Assembly: GCA_963846575.1 (NCBI GenBank)
Contig: CAWJWJ010000002.1
Location: forward strand, 1,280,001-1,344,000
Direction: 5' to 3'
DNA: 64,000 nt
DNA from: an uncultured Nitrospiraceae bacterium
GTDB lineage: Bacteria > Nitrospirota > Nitrospiria > Nitrospirales > Nitrospiraceae
The position numbers and the translations under genes are program-made. Below, piece by piece: positions 40,969 through 51,387 of this stretch. The stretch's first letter is position 1. The number at the start of each line of letters is the position of its first letter. Under the pieces are notes generated by a model that was not told where the DNA came from, ran no database searches, and saw only the letters and a list, made by a program, of their open reading frames with translations.

Positions 40969-41925
40969 ATGGCAGTCACCCGATTCAATGTCCTGGCAAA
41001 CCCCGCGGTGAGGCAACAGTACACTCAGGGCGTCATGCTGCTGAAGCGAGAGTTTACTGGCCCTACGACCACGAGTCTTGGCATCGCGGGACCGTCGCGC
41101 CTCGTGAGTACCTATGACCTCTTCGTCGTCTGGCACCACACCGCCATGTCGACCCTGACCCCACCGACCCAAGGTGATCGCAACGCCGCCCATCGGGGGC
41201 CGGTCTTTTGCCCCTGGCACCGCTTCATGCTGTATCAACTTGAACTCAATTTCCAGCGAGTTTTAAACGACACGACATTCGGGCTGCCATATTGGGATTG
41301 GGCCGCCGACGGTGAGGGGTCTCCCACGGAGCAGAGGCGATCGGCCTTGTGGGCCGCCAACGCACTGGGAGGCTCAGGGAGTCCGGTCAGAACCGGGCCG
41401 TTTAGATACAACGCGGCTACCGCTAACAGTTTCCGTGTGCGGATCGAAGCAAACGTCAATGGCCAGCTCGTGCAAGTAAATCGCGGGTTGCGACGTGCGC
41501 TGGGCTCGCAAATCTCGGCGTTGCCCACAACCAGCGACACTCAGGGAGTGGTGGCCATGACTCCGTACGATACCGCGCCTTGGGATACCTCTTCCTCAGG
41601 ATTCCGCAATCGGCTTGAGGGCTGGGCCCCGCCCGCCGCGCCGGCTCTCCATAACCGCGTGCATGTCTGGGTGGGCGGCGACATGCTCCCGTCAAGTTCT
41701 CCGAACGACCCGGTCTTTTATCTCAATCACTGCAACGTCGATCGCCTCTGGGAAGGCTGGCTCACGCAAAACGGACGGTCCTATACGCCGCTCCAAAGTG
41801 CGCCATCGGCCTTACGCGGCCACCGGATCAACGATCTAATGGAGTCGTTCATGTCTCCGCCGATGCGGCCGAACGACGTTCTGGATATGCGATCCATCTA
41901 CACCTACGAGGATCTGAGCCCCTAG
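40969..41925 (+). CDS. Tyrosinase (type-3 copper)
   Basis: CuA: VVWHH..AAHRGPVFCPWHR; LPYWDW; CuB: LHNRVHVWVGG..DPVFYLNHCNVDRLW. Confidence 0.93.
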   Translation: MAVTRFNVLANPAVRQQYTQGVMLLKREFTGPTTTSLGIAGPSRLVSTYDLFVVWHHTAMSTLTPPTQGDRNAAHRGPVFCPWHRFMLYQLELNFQRVLNDTTFGLPYWDWAADGEGSPTEQRRSALWAANALGGSGSPVRTGPFRYNAATANSFRVRIEANVNGQLVQVNRGLRRALGSQISALPTTSDTQGVVAMTPYDTAPWDTSSSGFRNRLEGWAPPAAPALHNRVHVWVGGDMLPSSSPNDPVFYLNHCNVDRLWEGWLTQNGRSYTPLQSAPSALRGHRINDLMESFMSPPMRPNDVLDMRSIYTYEDLSP

Positions 41926-42061
41926 CACCTTTCCTTATACGCCCATCGCAATTGCCGGTGCGCCGAACATGGTTAAGCGATCGGTTCCGCACCGTCTTGC
42001 TCCACCGGCACTATGAGACTCAGGCGGAAATGGGGAAAACCGGAGAAGTGATTAATGTCTA

Positions 42062-42097
42062 TGGTGAGTCAGTTGAGGTTTGAACCCCGCCTTAAAA
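42062..42097 (-). other. Degenerate tRNA 3'-end (att-like remnant, possibly tRNA-Lys(TTT))
   Basis: Minus strand reads TTTTAA..GGGGTTCAAACCTCAACTGACTCACCA (T-loop plus CCA end). Confidence 0.5.
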
Positions 42098-42135
42098 TGG
42101 CCCCAGGCGACAAGTAGGCAAAACACAAATCGGCT

Positions 42136-42177
42136 CAGTCCGCGCAGACTGTGACACTGACACAGCCCGCGCAGACT
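42136..42177. repeat. 15-bp direct repeat
   Basis: CAGTCCGCGCAGACT (42136-42150) and CAGCCCGCGCAGACT (42163-42177), separated by tandem TGACAC. Confidence 0.7.
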
Positions 42178-42203
42178 AAGCATGAGCTACAGGTCTTGGG
42201 CGG

Positions 42204-42704
42204 CTACGCTGCCACTTTGGACGCCATGCGTTCACAAGATGCCGCACACTTGCGGCACATCTCGATGCACTCTTTGACCATCTGATCGTCTCCTGCCACT
42301 TGTTGGCAGTCCTTTCCGCACTCCTTACACAATTCGGAACACAGTCGGCATATCCGGTCGTGAAATGGTGACTCCCGTACCATGTAATCTGCACTGGTCG
42401 CGCACATCTGTGCACAATCCACGATTAAGCGAATGTGATGAGGTGTCGCATGGCGCCCACCGAGTTTCAAACAATGCGCGATTGTTTGGGTGCACATCGC
42501 ATGGCAGTCTCGGCACAGTTGAATACACTTTTTCATCTCGTCGTCCGTGTGATGCTCCCCTTGGACGAGCAACGGCTTGGCTTCTGATCCGTCGTCGGAC
42601 GCGGCATAACCCTTCGGCAAGATCAGAAACGAAGCCCCAGTCGCCACTAAAGACGCTCCGCTAGATAGAAATGTCCTTCTGTCTATATTGTTGTTCGTTG
42701 GCAT
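42204..42704 (-). CDS. Four-helix-bundle copper storage protein (Csp/DUF326) with Tat signal
   Basis: DRRTFL twin-arginine leader; 16 Cys, mostly in CxxC/CxxxC arrays. Confidence 0.88.
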   Translation of the reverse strand: MPTNNNIDRRTFLSSGASLVATGASFLILPKGYAASDDGSEAKPLLVQGEHHTDDEMKKCIQLCRDCHAMCTQTIAHCLKLGGRHATPHHIRLIVDCAQMCATSADYMVRESPFHDRICRLCSELCKECGKDCQQVAGDDQMVKECIEMCRKCAASCERMASKVAA

Positions 42705-42833
42705 ATCTCCCCTTTCCATGGTTATGTTCGCGTTGTTAAGCTATCAACTTGACAATGCTATGCCGGACTTCGTCCTGCCTCGGCGATGCGCCAAGGGCAC
42801 CCAATCGGATCGAATTGAAACCTGAAGGGGATA

Positions 42834-43166
42834 TCAAATCCTCAGAACTGTGGTGGGGATCGAGAGATGAATGGGCGTGTCTGCACCGAGTGGAGGGTGT
42901 TCGGATCTGAAAATGGCGAATACTGAAATAGGCAATTGAGGAGCGGCCTCAACGTCCATGCTGAGGAGGGGCAATTCCTGGACAGAGGAGGAAGGAGGAG
43001 ATTGTGGTCCTAACTGGATGAAGGCATCACATGTCTGCCTTACCGGCTGATCAGTGTTGGTCGAGCAGTTCCCTGCCGACTCAGGCTGAAGTGGTAATAC
43101 ACAGGCGTAGGCATTGAAGGTAAAGACCAACAGAAGGAGGACTAGGACTGTGCAGATACGCGTCAT
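42834..43166 (-). CDS. Small exported Cys/Pro-containing protein upstream of csp
   Basis: Signal peptide MTRICTVLVLLLLVFTFNAYAC; C..C; C-terminus HPP..TTVLRI. Confidence 0.6.
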   Translation of the reverse strand: MTRICTVLVLLLLVFTFNAYACVLPLQPESAGNCSTNTDQPVRQTCDAFIQLGPQSPPSSSVQELPLLSMDVEAAPQLPISVFAIFRSEHPPLGADTPIHLSIPTTVLRI

Positions 43167-43476
43167 TGCTATGATTATCAAACTATAGTGTGCTTGGGTC
43201 AAGTGTGGACCTTTAGGTGTTCTGGGCACGCACTCAACAATGGCTTCGTAAGCTTCTCTAATATTGCTCTGTAAACTATTTACGTCGTAACTGCGTAGCA
43301 TAACCAATCGCTGTCCTTGGGCGAAGCTCGACTTTTAGACTGGACGGCACCGACCCAAGGGCTGTCCCGCCAAGATTCAAGATCCCGTTGTCTCACATTG
43401 AAGTAGTTGGGAGCCACGACTCGACTATCATCCTGCAAGAGTCCAAGCCCGCGTATTTTATCTAGAAAGCGGCGAC

Positions 43477-43502
43477 TGTAAGGTTTCGCCTCCTGTCCCG
43501 TC
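43477..43502 (+). promoter_or_regulatory. Candidate ECF-sigma promoter upstream of copZ
   Basis: TGTAAG-16nt-CGTC, resembling the general ECF -35/-10 pattern, ~70 nt before copZ. Confidence 0.4.
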
Positions 43503-43574
43503 TGTAGAGCTGACTGGGCAGCTCGATCGAGCATGGAGCTCGACAGAGCCGCTCATAAACCAAGGAGGCAGACT

Positions 43575-43793
43575 ATGAAAGAATTAATCCTCAGAATTGA
43601 CGGAATGAGCTGCGGGCACTGTGTCGGACAGGTGACCAAGGCGTTGGCTCAACTGGAAGGTGTGGTAGTGAAGACCGTTAAGGTCGGCGAAGCTCTCGTG
43701 GCCTACGACCCCCGGGAAATCGCACCAACGGAAATCGCTCGCGTGGTAACCGAGGCAGGATATGAGGCCCAGACGGTCGGGAGGGCGGCATGA
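43575..43793 (+). CDS. copZ: Copper chaperone (HMA domain)
   Basis: IDGMSCGHCV; AAGGAGG RBS. Confidence 0.9.
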   Translation: MKELILRIDGMSCGHCVGQVTKALAQLEGVVVKTVKVGEALVAYDPREIAPTEIARVVTEAGYEAQTVGRAA

Positions 43794-43890
43794 ACGCGGC
43801 AGGAATATCGAAACGACAGGTTGAGCCTATCGATGAAGCCATCCGAATCGCTCATACGACGACCGCTCGCATCATGCCGCATCCATCGCG

Positions 43891-46225
43891 ATGGAGTCGG
43901 CAGACTCGCCGACTCTCCGGAAAGTGACGATTCCGGTGGAGGGCATGACCTGCGCTGCATGCCAGAGCCGGGTCCAACGGGCCTTGGACGGCGAAGCTGG
44001 TGTCATTGACGCGTCCGTGCATCTCATGTTGAAGCAAGCCGTGATCACCTATGACGCGGCCCTCGCCTCAGAGGCCTCGTTAGCCGAGGTGATCAACCGG
44101 ACGGGATACGAAGCCAAGCCTGTCGGCGAGAGACCGGAGCTCGTTTGATGACCAGGAGGCGCAGGAGCAGTCGCAGGAAGCCGAATACCTGGCAGCACGA
44201 CGCAAGGCCTGGGTGAGCGGAGCGGCTGCGATGGTCGCCATGGTGCTCTCCATGCCGGTGATGGTTAGCCACGAGTCGGATGGCCATGCCACCGGCGTCC
44301 TCATGTCCTGGATGACGCAGGTGGCTTCGTGGTTGTCGTTCGCCACGCCGGCTGTGTGGTCCTACGTGCTGATGGGGCTGGCGGCTGTAGTGATGGGATC
44401 GACGGGGCGGCATTTTTATGTGCGAGCCTGGTCCGCAGTCCGCCACGGCTCAGCGGATATGAATACGCTGGTCGCGGTCGGGACGGGCGCGGCATTTTTG
44501 TACTCCGCCTTGGCGACGCTGGTTCCGGAATTTTTTCTGAACCACGGCGTCCAGCCTGATGTCTATTACGAAGCTGTGGTCATGATTATTGCGCTGATCC
44601 TGACGGGTCACACCCTGGAGGCTCGCGCCAAACGCCAGACATCCGCCTCCTTGCGGCGGTTGGTGGCGTTGCAACCCAAGACCGCTCGGGTGATGCGTGA
44701 AGCCGGCGAAACGGACTTGCCGATCGAAGAGGTGCGCAGAGGGGATATCGTTCTGGTGCGGCCTGGCGAGCGGATCGCGGTGGATGGAGATATCCTGTCC
44801 GGTCAGAGCGCCATTGATGAATCCATGTTGACCGGCGAAGCCATGCCGGTCAATAAACAGGCGGGGGACCGCGTCATCGGCGGCACGATCAATAAGTCCG
44901 GGGCTTTCCGGTATCAGGCAACGACGGTGGGTGAGGAAAGCGTCCTGTCTCACATTGTTACTCTGATGCGGGACGCGCAGGGATCACGGGCTCCGATTCA
45001 AAAGTTGGCGGACCGTGTCAGCGGCATCTTCGTGCCGATCGTGATGGGGTTGTCGCTCGCTACGTTTGCGGTCTGGATGGTGGCGCTGGAGCAGGCGTCA
45101 GTGGTACAAGCCTTCGCCGCCGCGGTAGCCGTGCTGATCATCGCCTGCCCCTGCGCCATGGGACTCGCGGTGCCGACCGCGATGATGGTCGCGACGGGCC
45201 GGGGCGCCGAGCATGGGATTCTGATTAAAGGGGGAGAGGCCCTCCAGCGGGCCGGCGCGATTACCACCGTCGTGCTGGATAAGACCGGCACGATCACCGA
45301 AGGAACACCGGCCGTCACTAACGTCATCCTGGCGGAGGGCGGAGCTTGGTCCGAGCGTGAGGTGCTCAGGTGGGTGGCCTCGGTCGAAGCCTCTTCGGAA
45401 CATCCCGTGGCGGAGGCAATTGTGCGATCCGCACAGGAGCGTTTCATTCAGCTGGAGCCGGTGGACTCCTTCCAGTCGTTTGCAGGCCGAGGAGCTGCGG
45501 GCGTGGTGGAAAATGCGGCGGTCCTGGTCGGCAATAGAGCGTTGATGGAAGACTATGCGGTGGCACTGAACGATATGGTCCCATGGGCGGAGCAGGCGGC
45601 TGCGGAAGGAAAGACGCCGGTATATGTCGCCATAAACGGAGCACTCGCCGGAGTTATCGCGGTGGCGGACCCCATCAAATCGACCTCACGGGAGGCGATT
45701 CGGAACCTCAAGGACCTGGGGCTCACCGTGGTCATGTTGACTGGTGACCACGAGCGGACGGCGCAGTCGGTTGCTCGGGAGGTCGGGGTCGATCGAGTCG
45801 TGGCTGGAGTCCTGCCGGAGGGAAAAGTGGCCGAGATCCGGCGACTGCGCGATACCGGTGAGATCGTGGCGATGGTCGGTGACGGGATCAACGATGCGCC
45901 CGCGCTGGCCCAGGCCGACGTAGGAATGGCCATTGGGACCGGGACGGACATCGCCATCGAGGCGAGTGATGTGACGCTCATGCGGAGCGATCTGCATGGG
46001 GTTGCGTCGGCGATCAGGCTCGCCCGAGGGACAATGCGCGTGATGAAACAGAATCTATTCTGGGCATTCATTTATAACGTGATCGGCATTCCCGTTGCGG
46101 CCGGCGCGTTGTACCCATTCACGGGTCTGATGTTGAGCCCGGTGCTGGCGAGCGCGGCGATGGCGTTCAGCTCCGTCAGCGTGGTGATGAACAGTCTGCG
46201 GCTTCGGAAACTGCGGATCGACTGA
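43891..46225 (+). pseudogene. copA: Cu(I)-translocating P1B ATPase, frameshifted near 44119
   Basis: HMA GMTCAAC in one frame; [31 protein letters not shown] in the +1 frame; removing one C at 44119-44120 fuses them. Confidence 0.85.
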
Positions 46226-46441
46226 CAACGCTTGTCTCCCGGTCTATGAGTTTTATTGGATGGTGCAGGCTTCCTTGTGATGAGGAACCACTCCCAAGCA
46301 TTCTGTTCTTCACCGGGCATGCCAATCAATTCCTGCATGCTGCTCGATGTCATTCATACGGACGCAGGGGTGGTTCAAAGAGATTTGTGACTGGCGCCTG
46401 TCTGGCATTACTTTGATCACGGCTGAAGGGAGGAACACAGG

Positions 46442-48385
46442 ATGATCATCCAACCGATCGATATCTTCTTACTGGTCTGGTTTGTCCTCGCGGCATTGTC
46501 CACAGTCTATGTCGCCTATGATCAGTTCAAAAACAATCCCGAACCGGCTGTGATGAAGTGGGGGTTCATCCTTGTGACCTTGTACATGGGGCCCTTCGGC
46601 CTGTTGTTGTATGTTCTGGCCGATAAAGAGCCTCGGCCGGGGGAACACGAACGTTTCACCGCGCCGCTCTGGAAGCAGGGAGTCGGCAGCACCATCCATT
46701 GCGTGGCAGGGGATGCAACCGGCATTATTCTCGCAGCCGTAATCACCGCACTGTTAGGCCTGCCGATGTGGCTTGATCTGATTATCGAGTATGCCGCGGG
46801 CTTCGCCTTCGGTCTCTTCATCTTCCAGTCACTCTTCATGAAAAGCATGATGGGAGGGTCCTACTGGGAAAACGTCCGAAAGACATTTCTGCCAGAACTT
46901 ATCAGCATGAATGCAATGATGGCCGGAATGGCGCCGGTGATGAGCCTCTTAATGATGGGCCGGGATATGCGAGCCATGGAGCCGACGGAGCTACTCTTTT
47001 GGGGTGTCATGTCGCTCGGCGTCATGGCGGGTTTTACCCTAGCCTATCCGTTTAATGTGTGGCTGGTGGAGGCGGGGCTGAAGCATGGGCTGATGACTGA
47101 GCGCCGCGCGGGGACCCAGTTTCATCTGCCCCGGCAGAAAGATTCGGTTACGCATGAACATGCGGCCGAGGCCGGGGGCCATCAGAACCACGCACAGGCA
47201 GGCGAGCACGATCAAACGAGGCCGGACCACCGACCGCATGGCATGCAGAACCCTGGCACACAGGAGCATCACATGAACAGCGAGGCGACCGTTCCGCAAA
47301 TCGCATCCCTTGCCGGCGTGACCACATTGATGCTTTTGGCCGGCCTGATCGCACCGGCGTTCAGGGTCAACCTCTCGCTCAGTGCCAAGGATGTCGGCGG
47401 CGTGATTATGCCGCCGGGCATGATTATGGATTTCGATACGCCCGCCGAGGCGATGCGTGATATGGCCGCGGTTCACCCCCGATACGTGTCTCATACCGCG
47501 GCGGTCAGCGATCGCGGTGATCAAGTGCTGCAGCCTCATATCACAAATGGGGTCAAAATTTTTGATCTCGAAGCGTCCGTGGTTCGGTGGCACATTCTCG
47601 ATGACGTCTATGTAGACGCGTATGCCTACAACCGCCAAGTCCCAGGCCCCCGGCTGCAGATCACGGAAGGGGACAGGGTCAGGATCAATTTTCGAAATGC
47701 CCTTCCCGAATCAACGACGGTCCATTGGCACGGGTTGATTGTCCCGAACGAGATGGATGGTCCCGCCGAGGTTACGCAGCAGGCGGTACAGCCGGGGGGG
47801 ACCTACACCTACGAGTTCACCGTGGGACAAGCGGGCACCTACTTTTACCACTCTCACGATCACCCGGACCGCCAGCAGGGGATCGGGTTGTATGGCGCGC
47901 TGATTATTGCGCCGCGCGACAGCACGGCAGAGCCGCGCGCAGACCATGATGTCACAATTCAATTGCAAGAATGGCTGAAGCGGGAGTGGTTAACCTACCC
48001 GGCCATGCTCATGGAGGGAGGCCTTCCGAACTATTTTACGATTAACGGCAAGGCCTACCCGTCGACGGACGTGATCCGGATGAAGGTGGGGGAAACCGTC
48101 AAGCTGCGCTTTATTGGAAGCAGCAACAATTTCATTCATCCGATGCACGTGCACGGAGGTCCGTTCGAGGTCGTCGCGTTGGACGGCGAGGTCTTGTCGG
48201 ACCATGCCCGGTATCGAGCCGATACAGTGAATGTCGGTCCAGGCCAGCGTTACGACGTGATCTGGACGGCCCGTCGTCCAGGGAAATGGCTCCTGCACTG
48301 CCATATCCCGCACCACACCGCCAACAACAATGTAGAAAAACAGGGAGGCGGCGGCTTGACCATGATCATCGAGGTGACAGAATAA
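46442..48385 (+). CDS. DUF4396 membrane domain fused to two-domain multicopper oxidase
   Basis: N-terminal TMs with HCVAGDATG and LKHGLM; His-rich linker; HWHG, YHSH, HPMHVHG, HCHIPHH. Confidence 0.88.
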   Translation: MIIQPIDIFLLVWFVLAALSTVYVAYDQFKNNPEPAVMKWGFILVTLYMGPFGLLLYVLADKEPRPGEHERFTAPLWKQGVGSTIHCVAGDATGIILAAVITALLGLPMWLDLIIEYAAGFAFGLFIFQSLFMKSMMGGSYWENVRKTFLPELISMNAMMAGMAPVMSLLMMGRDMRAMEPTELLFWGVMSLGVMAGFTLAYPFNVWLVEAGLKHGLMTERRAGTQFHLPRQKDSVTHEHAAEAGGHQNHAQAGEHDQTRPDHRPHGMQNPGTQEHHMNSEATVPQIASLAGVTTLMLLAGLIAPAFRVNLSLSAKDVGGVIMPPGMIMDFDTPAEAMRDMAAVHPRYVSHTAAVSDRGDQVLQPHITNGVKIFDLEASVVRWHILDDVYVDAYAYNRQVPGPRLQITEGDRVRINFRNALPESTTVHWHGLIVPNEMDGPAEVTQQAVQPGGTYTYEFTVGQAGTYFYHSHDHPDRQQGIGLYGALIIAPRDSTAEPRADHDVTIQLQEWLKREWLTYPAMLMEGGLPNYFTINGKAYPSTDVIRMKVGETVKLRFIGSSNNFIHPMHVHGGPFEVVALDGEVLSDHARYRADTVNVGPGQRYDVIWTARRPGKWLLHCHIPHHTANNNVEKQGGGGLTMIIEVTE

Positions 48386-48449
48386 CGCTCGTTCGACGAG
48401 CCGGCGGCGTGTGATCCTCGGTCCGTCCAATAATAACGGGATACGACAC

Positions 48450-50311
48450 ATGATTTCATGCATGATTTCGAGGCGGGGACTTCTGAAACGCATTGGAACC
48501 TTGGGACTGATTGCAGCCATGGAACATGTGTGGCCTGCTTGGGCTCATACGAGCCCCTCATCCCATGGCGCGGTGCAGGTGCCACTCAGCGGAGACAGCA
48601 TCGACCTGACCATCAGCGAACAGTCGTTTCACGTCGTCGGGCGAAACGGGACAGCCATTACGATCAATGGCACCGCTACCGGGCCCTCTGATCCGCCTCA
48701 GAGAAGGTCAACAGGCGACGCTTCGTGTCACCAATCAATTGAAGGAGCTCACCTCGATTCATTGGCACGGGTTGCTCGTCCCTCCCGAGATGGACGGCGT
48801 GCCCGGCGTAAGCTTTGGTGGCATCGAGCCGGGCGCGACCTTCACCTATCGTTTCCCGGTCAAACAGAGCGGGACTTACTGGTGTCATAGCCACTCTGGA
48901 GGACAGGAACTGCTTGGGATGTACGCCCCGCTGATCATTGATCCCCTTGATCCTGAGCCGTTTGAATACGAACGCGACTATGTCGTGATGCTCTCGGAGT
49001 GGAGCTTCGAATCGCCGCACACCTTGCTTTCGAATCTCAAAAAGCAGGCGGGGTACTATAACTTTCAGAAACGCACGGCAGGAGAATTTTTTGCCGATGT
49101 AGCAAAACAAGGGTGGTGGGCCACTCTGCAGCATTACCTCGCGTGGGATCGGATGCGGATGGACCCCACCGACTTCGCCGATGTGACCGGCTACACATTC
49201 ACCTATCTGATGAATGGCTTGTCCCCCGAGGCCAACTGGACGGGTCTTTTTCGTCCGGGCGAGCGCGTGCGCCTGCGTGTTATCGACGCGGCCGCCATGA
49301 CCTTTTACGATGTGCGCATTCCGGGTCTCCGGATGACCGTTGTGCAGGTGGATGGGCAGAATGTGCAGCCCGTGGTGGTGGATGAATTTCGCATCGGTCC
49401 GGCAGAAACCTATGATGTCATCCTGGAACCCGCTGGCGATGGTCCCTATACCATTTTTGCCGAGACGATGGACCGAAGCGGCTATGCGCGGGGCACCCTG
49501 GCGACGCGTCTTGGCGCGAGCGCCGCCATTCCGGAAAGGCGGCCCAGGCCGCTTCGTACGATGGCCGACATGGGAATGCCGATGGAGCACATGGAGATGC
49601 CCGGCATGAGCACACGCGCTCACAGCGGTGAGATCGGCGTGCCGTCCGACACGAAGGCCCCGCACGACGCTCTGAAAAGCGAGCACCATCAGCATGGCTT
49701 GGTCATGGGAGAGATGCCCAACGCGCGGGAACTGGCGGAGAGCAGTATGGCCGACCAGGAGTCCTCGGAGATACCCGGTGCGGAACCGGTCAAACACGGC
49801 CCCGACGATCACGGGACCGGCAATCAAACTGTGGCCGAATACTCCTGGAGCCGCATGCATGAGCCGGGGGACGGGCTGGACCTCGCTGAGCGGCGAGTGC
49901 TGCTCTATACCGATTTGAAGAGCGTTCAGCCCTACCCGGACCAACGTCGCGCCGGAGCGGGACATCGAACTCCACCTCACCGGCCACATGGAACGATACA
50001 TGTGGTCATTCGATGGACAAAAATACTCTGATGCTCAACCGATTCACTTGCGATATGGCGAACGCGTGCGGATGACCTTCGTGAACGACACAATGATGGA
50101 GCATCCACTGCATCTCCACGGCATGTGGATGCACCTGGAAAATGGAGCCGGCGAATATTTGCCTCGGAAACATACCGTCATCGTCAAACCGGCTGAACGA
50201 CTGTCAGTCGCAATCAGCGCCGATGCTCCTGGCCGATGGGCCTTTCACTGCCATTTGCAGCTTCATATGGAAGCGGGCATGTTCCGGGTCATCGAGGTTG
50301 TCGATCGATAG
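48450..50311 (+). pseudogene. CopA/PcoA-family multicopper oxidase, two +1 frameshifts (~48673, ~49948)
   Basis: Tat leader SRRGLL; HWHG, CHSH, Met/His-rich insert, HPLHLHG, HCHLQLHMEAGM spread over three consecutive frames. Confidence 0.85.
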
Positions 50312-50319
50312 TGCAGAGC

Positions 50320-51252
50320 ATGTCCAGGAAACGGCCTTTTATAACTTTTCCCGCCGTACTGGCGGGGTTCCTGCTTGGTCTTGGAACCCCCTCCACGGTC
50401 ATCTCGACAGAGATCGGGCCGTCTCGCTTGCGGACTCCGGGCATCTCCGCTCAAGGCATGGTCTCCCGAATAAAGAGTGAATCTTCCGTGAGATCGGAAT
50501 CGTTAACCAAGGGCGTCGACGCCTCCAGCCTCCGAGAAACGACGTTGCCGAATCTTTCATCGCAACCTGGATGGCCGAGTCCCGTGAACGATACTGAAAC
50601 ACGCACGATGGTATTGGTGGACGTACTTGAATATCGTCTCAAGACAGGAAATGCCGGAAGCCACAGTGATTACCGATGGGACATTGAGGGGTGGTATGGC
50701 GGTGACTACAACCGAATATGGTTCAAGAGCGAGGGACAGCGGAATACCGCATTCAAAGCGGATTACGACGTGGACTTTCAGCTCTTGTACGGACGGTTTA
50801 TTCAGAAGTACTACGATTTTCAGATCGGGGGCCGGGTGGAAACACAGACGTTTCGAGGGGGGAATGTGACCCGTGGATTAGCGGTAATCGGGATAGAGGG
50901 ACTGGTCCCATATAGTTACCAGATAGAGCCTTCGATCTTTATCGACCAAAATGGTGCAGTGTCAGCGCGTCTGGCGGCGACGAAGGACTTGTTCATGACC
51001 CAGCGGCTTATTCTCCAGCTTCGCTTCGAGACCAATGCAGCAATCCAGCGCGTCGAAGAATTCACGACAGGGTCCGGCCTCAACAACCTCGAATTCGGTA
51101 TCCGTCTGCGGTATGACATCAGACGCGGATTCGCACCCTATATGGGAGTGTCGCTCGACAGAAGCTTTGGTGAAACCGCCACGCTCATTCGTCGGGAGGG
51201 GGGCTCTCCCAGTCAGGTCCGATTCGCCTTGGGGCTGCGATTGTGGTTTTGA
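50320..51252 (+). CDS. copB: Copper resistance outer-membrane protein CopB/PcoB
   Basis: WDIEGWYGGDYNRIWFKSEG..GIEGL.PY..LRYDIRR.FAPY.GV..GLRLWF. Confidence 0.9.
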   Translation: MSRKRPFITFPAVLAGFLLGLGTPSTVISTEIGPSRLRTPGISAQGMVSRIKSESSVRSESLTKGVDASSLRETTLPNLSSQPGWPSPVNDTETRTMVLVDVLEYRLKTGNAGSHSDYRWDIEGWYGGDYNRIWFKSEGQRNTAFKADYDVDFQLLYGRFIQKYYDFQIGGRVETQTFRGGNVTRGLAVIGIEGLVPYSYQIEPSIFIDQNGAVSARLAATKDLFMTQRLILQLRFETNAAIQRVEEFTTGSGLNNLEFGIRLRYDIRRGFAPYMGVSLDRSFGETATLIRREGGSPSQVRFALGLRLWF

Positions 51253-51387
51253 CTGCGAACGACTCAAGGCCCCGATTTCTTTTCTGCCTGTTCCTTGCGC
51301 TAAACTCCTGGAGGCTTCCAGTCCTCCGGCCGCACATGCCGTCAAGGCCACTACGCACCAGGGACATGGCCCACATCCTTTCATCGG

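Noticed and set aside
48676..50001. Long antisense ORFs (441 aa here; also 21546-22658, 37600-38433)
   Set aside because: Shadow ORFs opposite well-supported genes in GC-rich DNA
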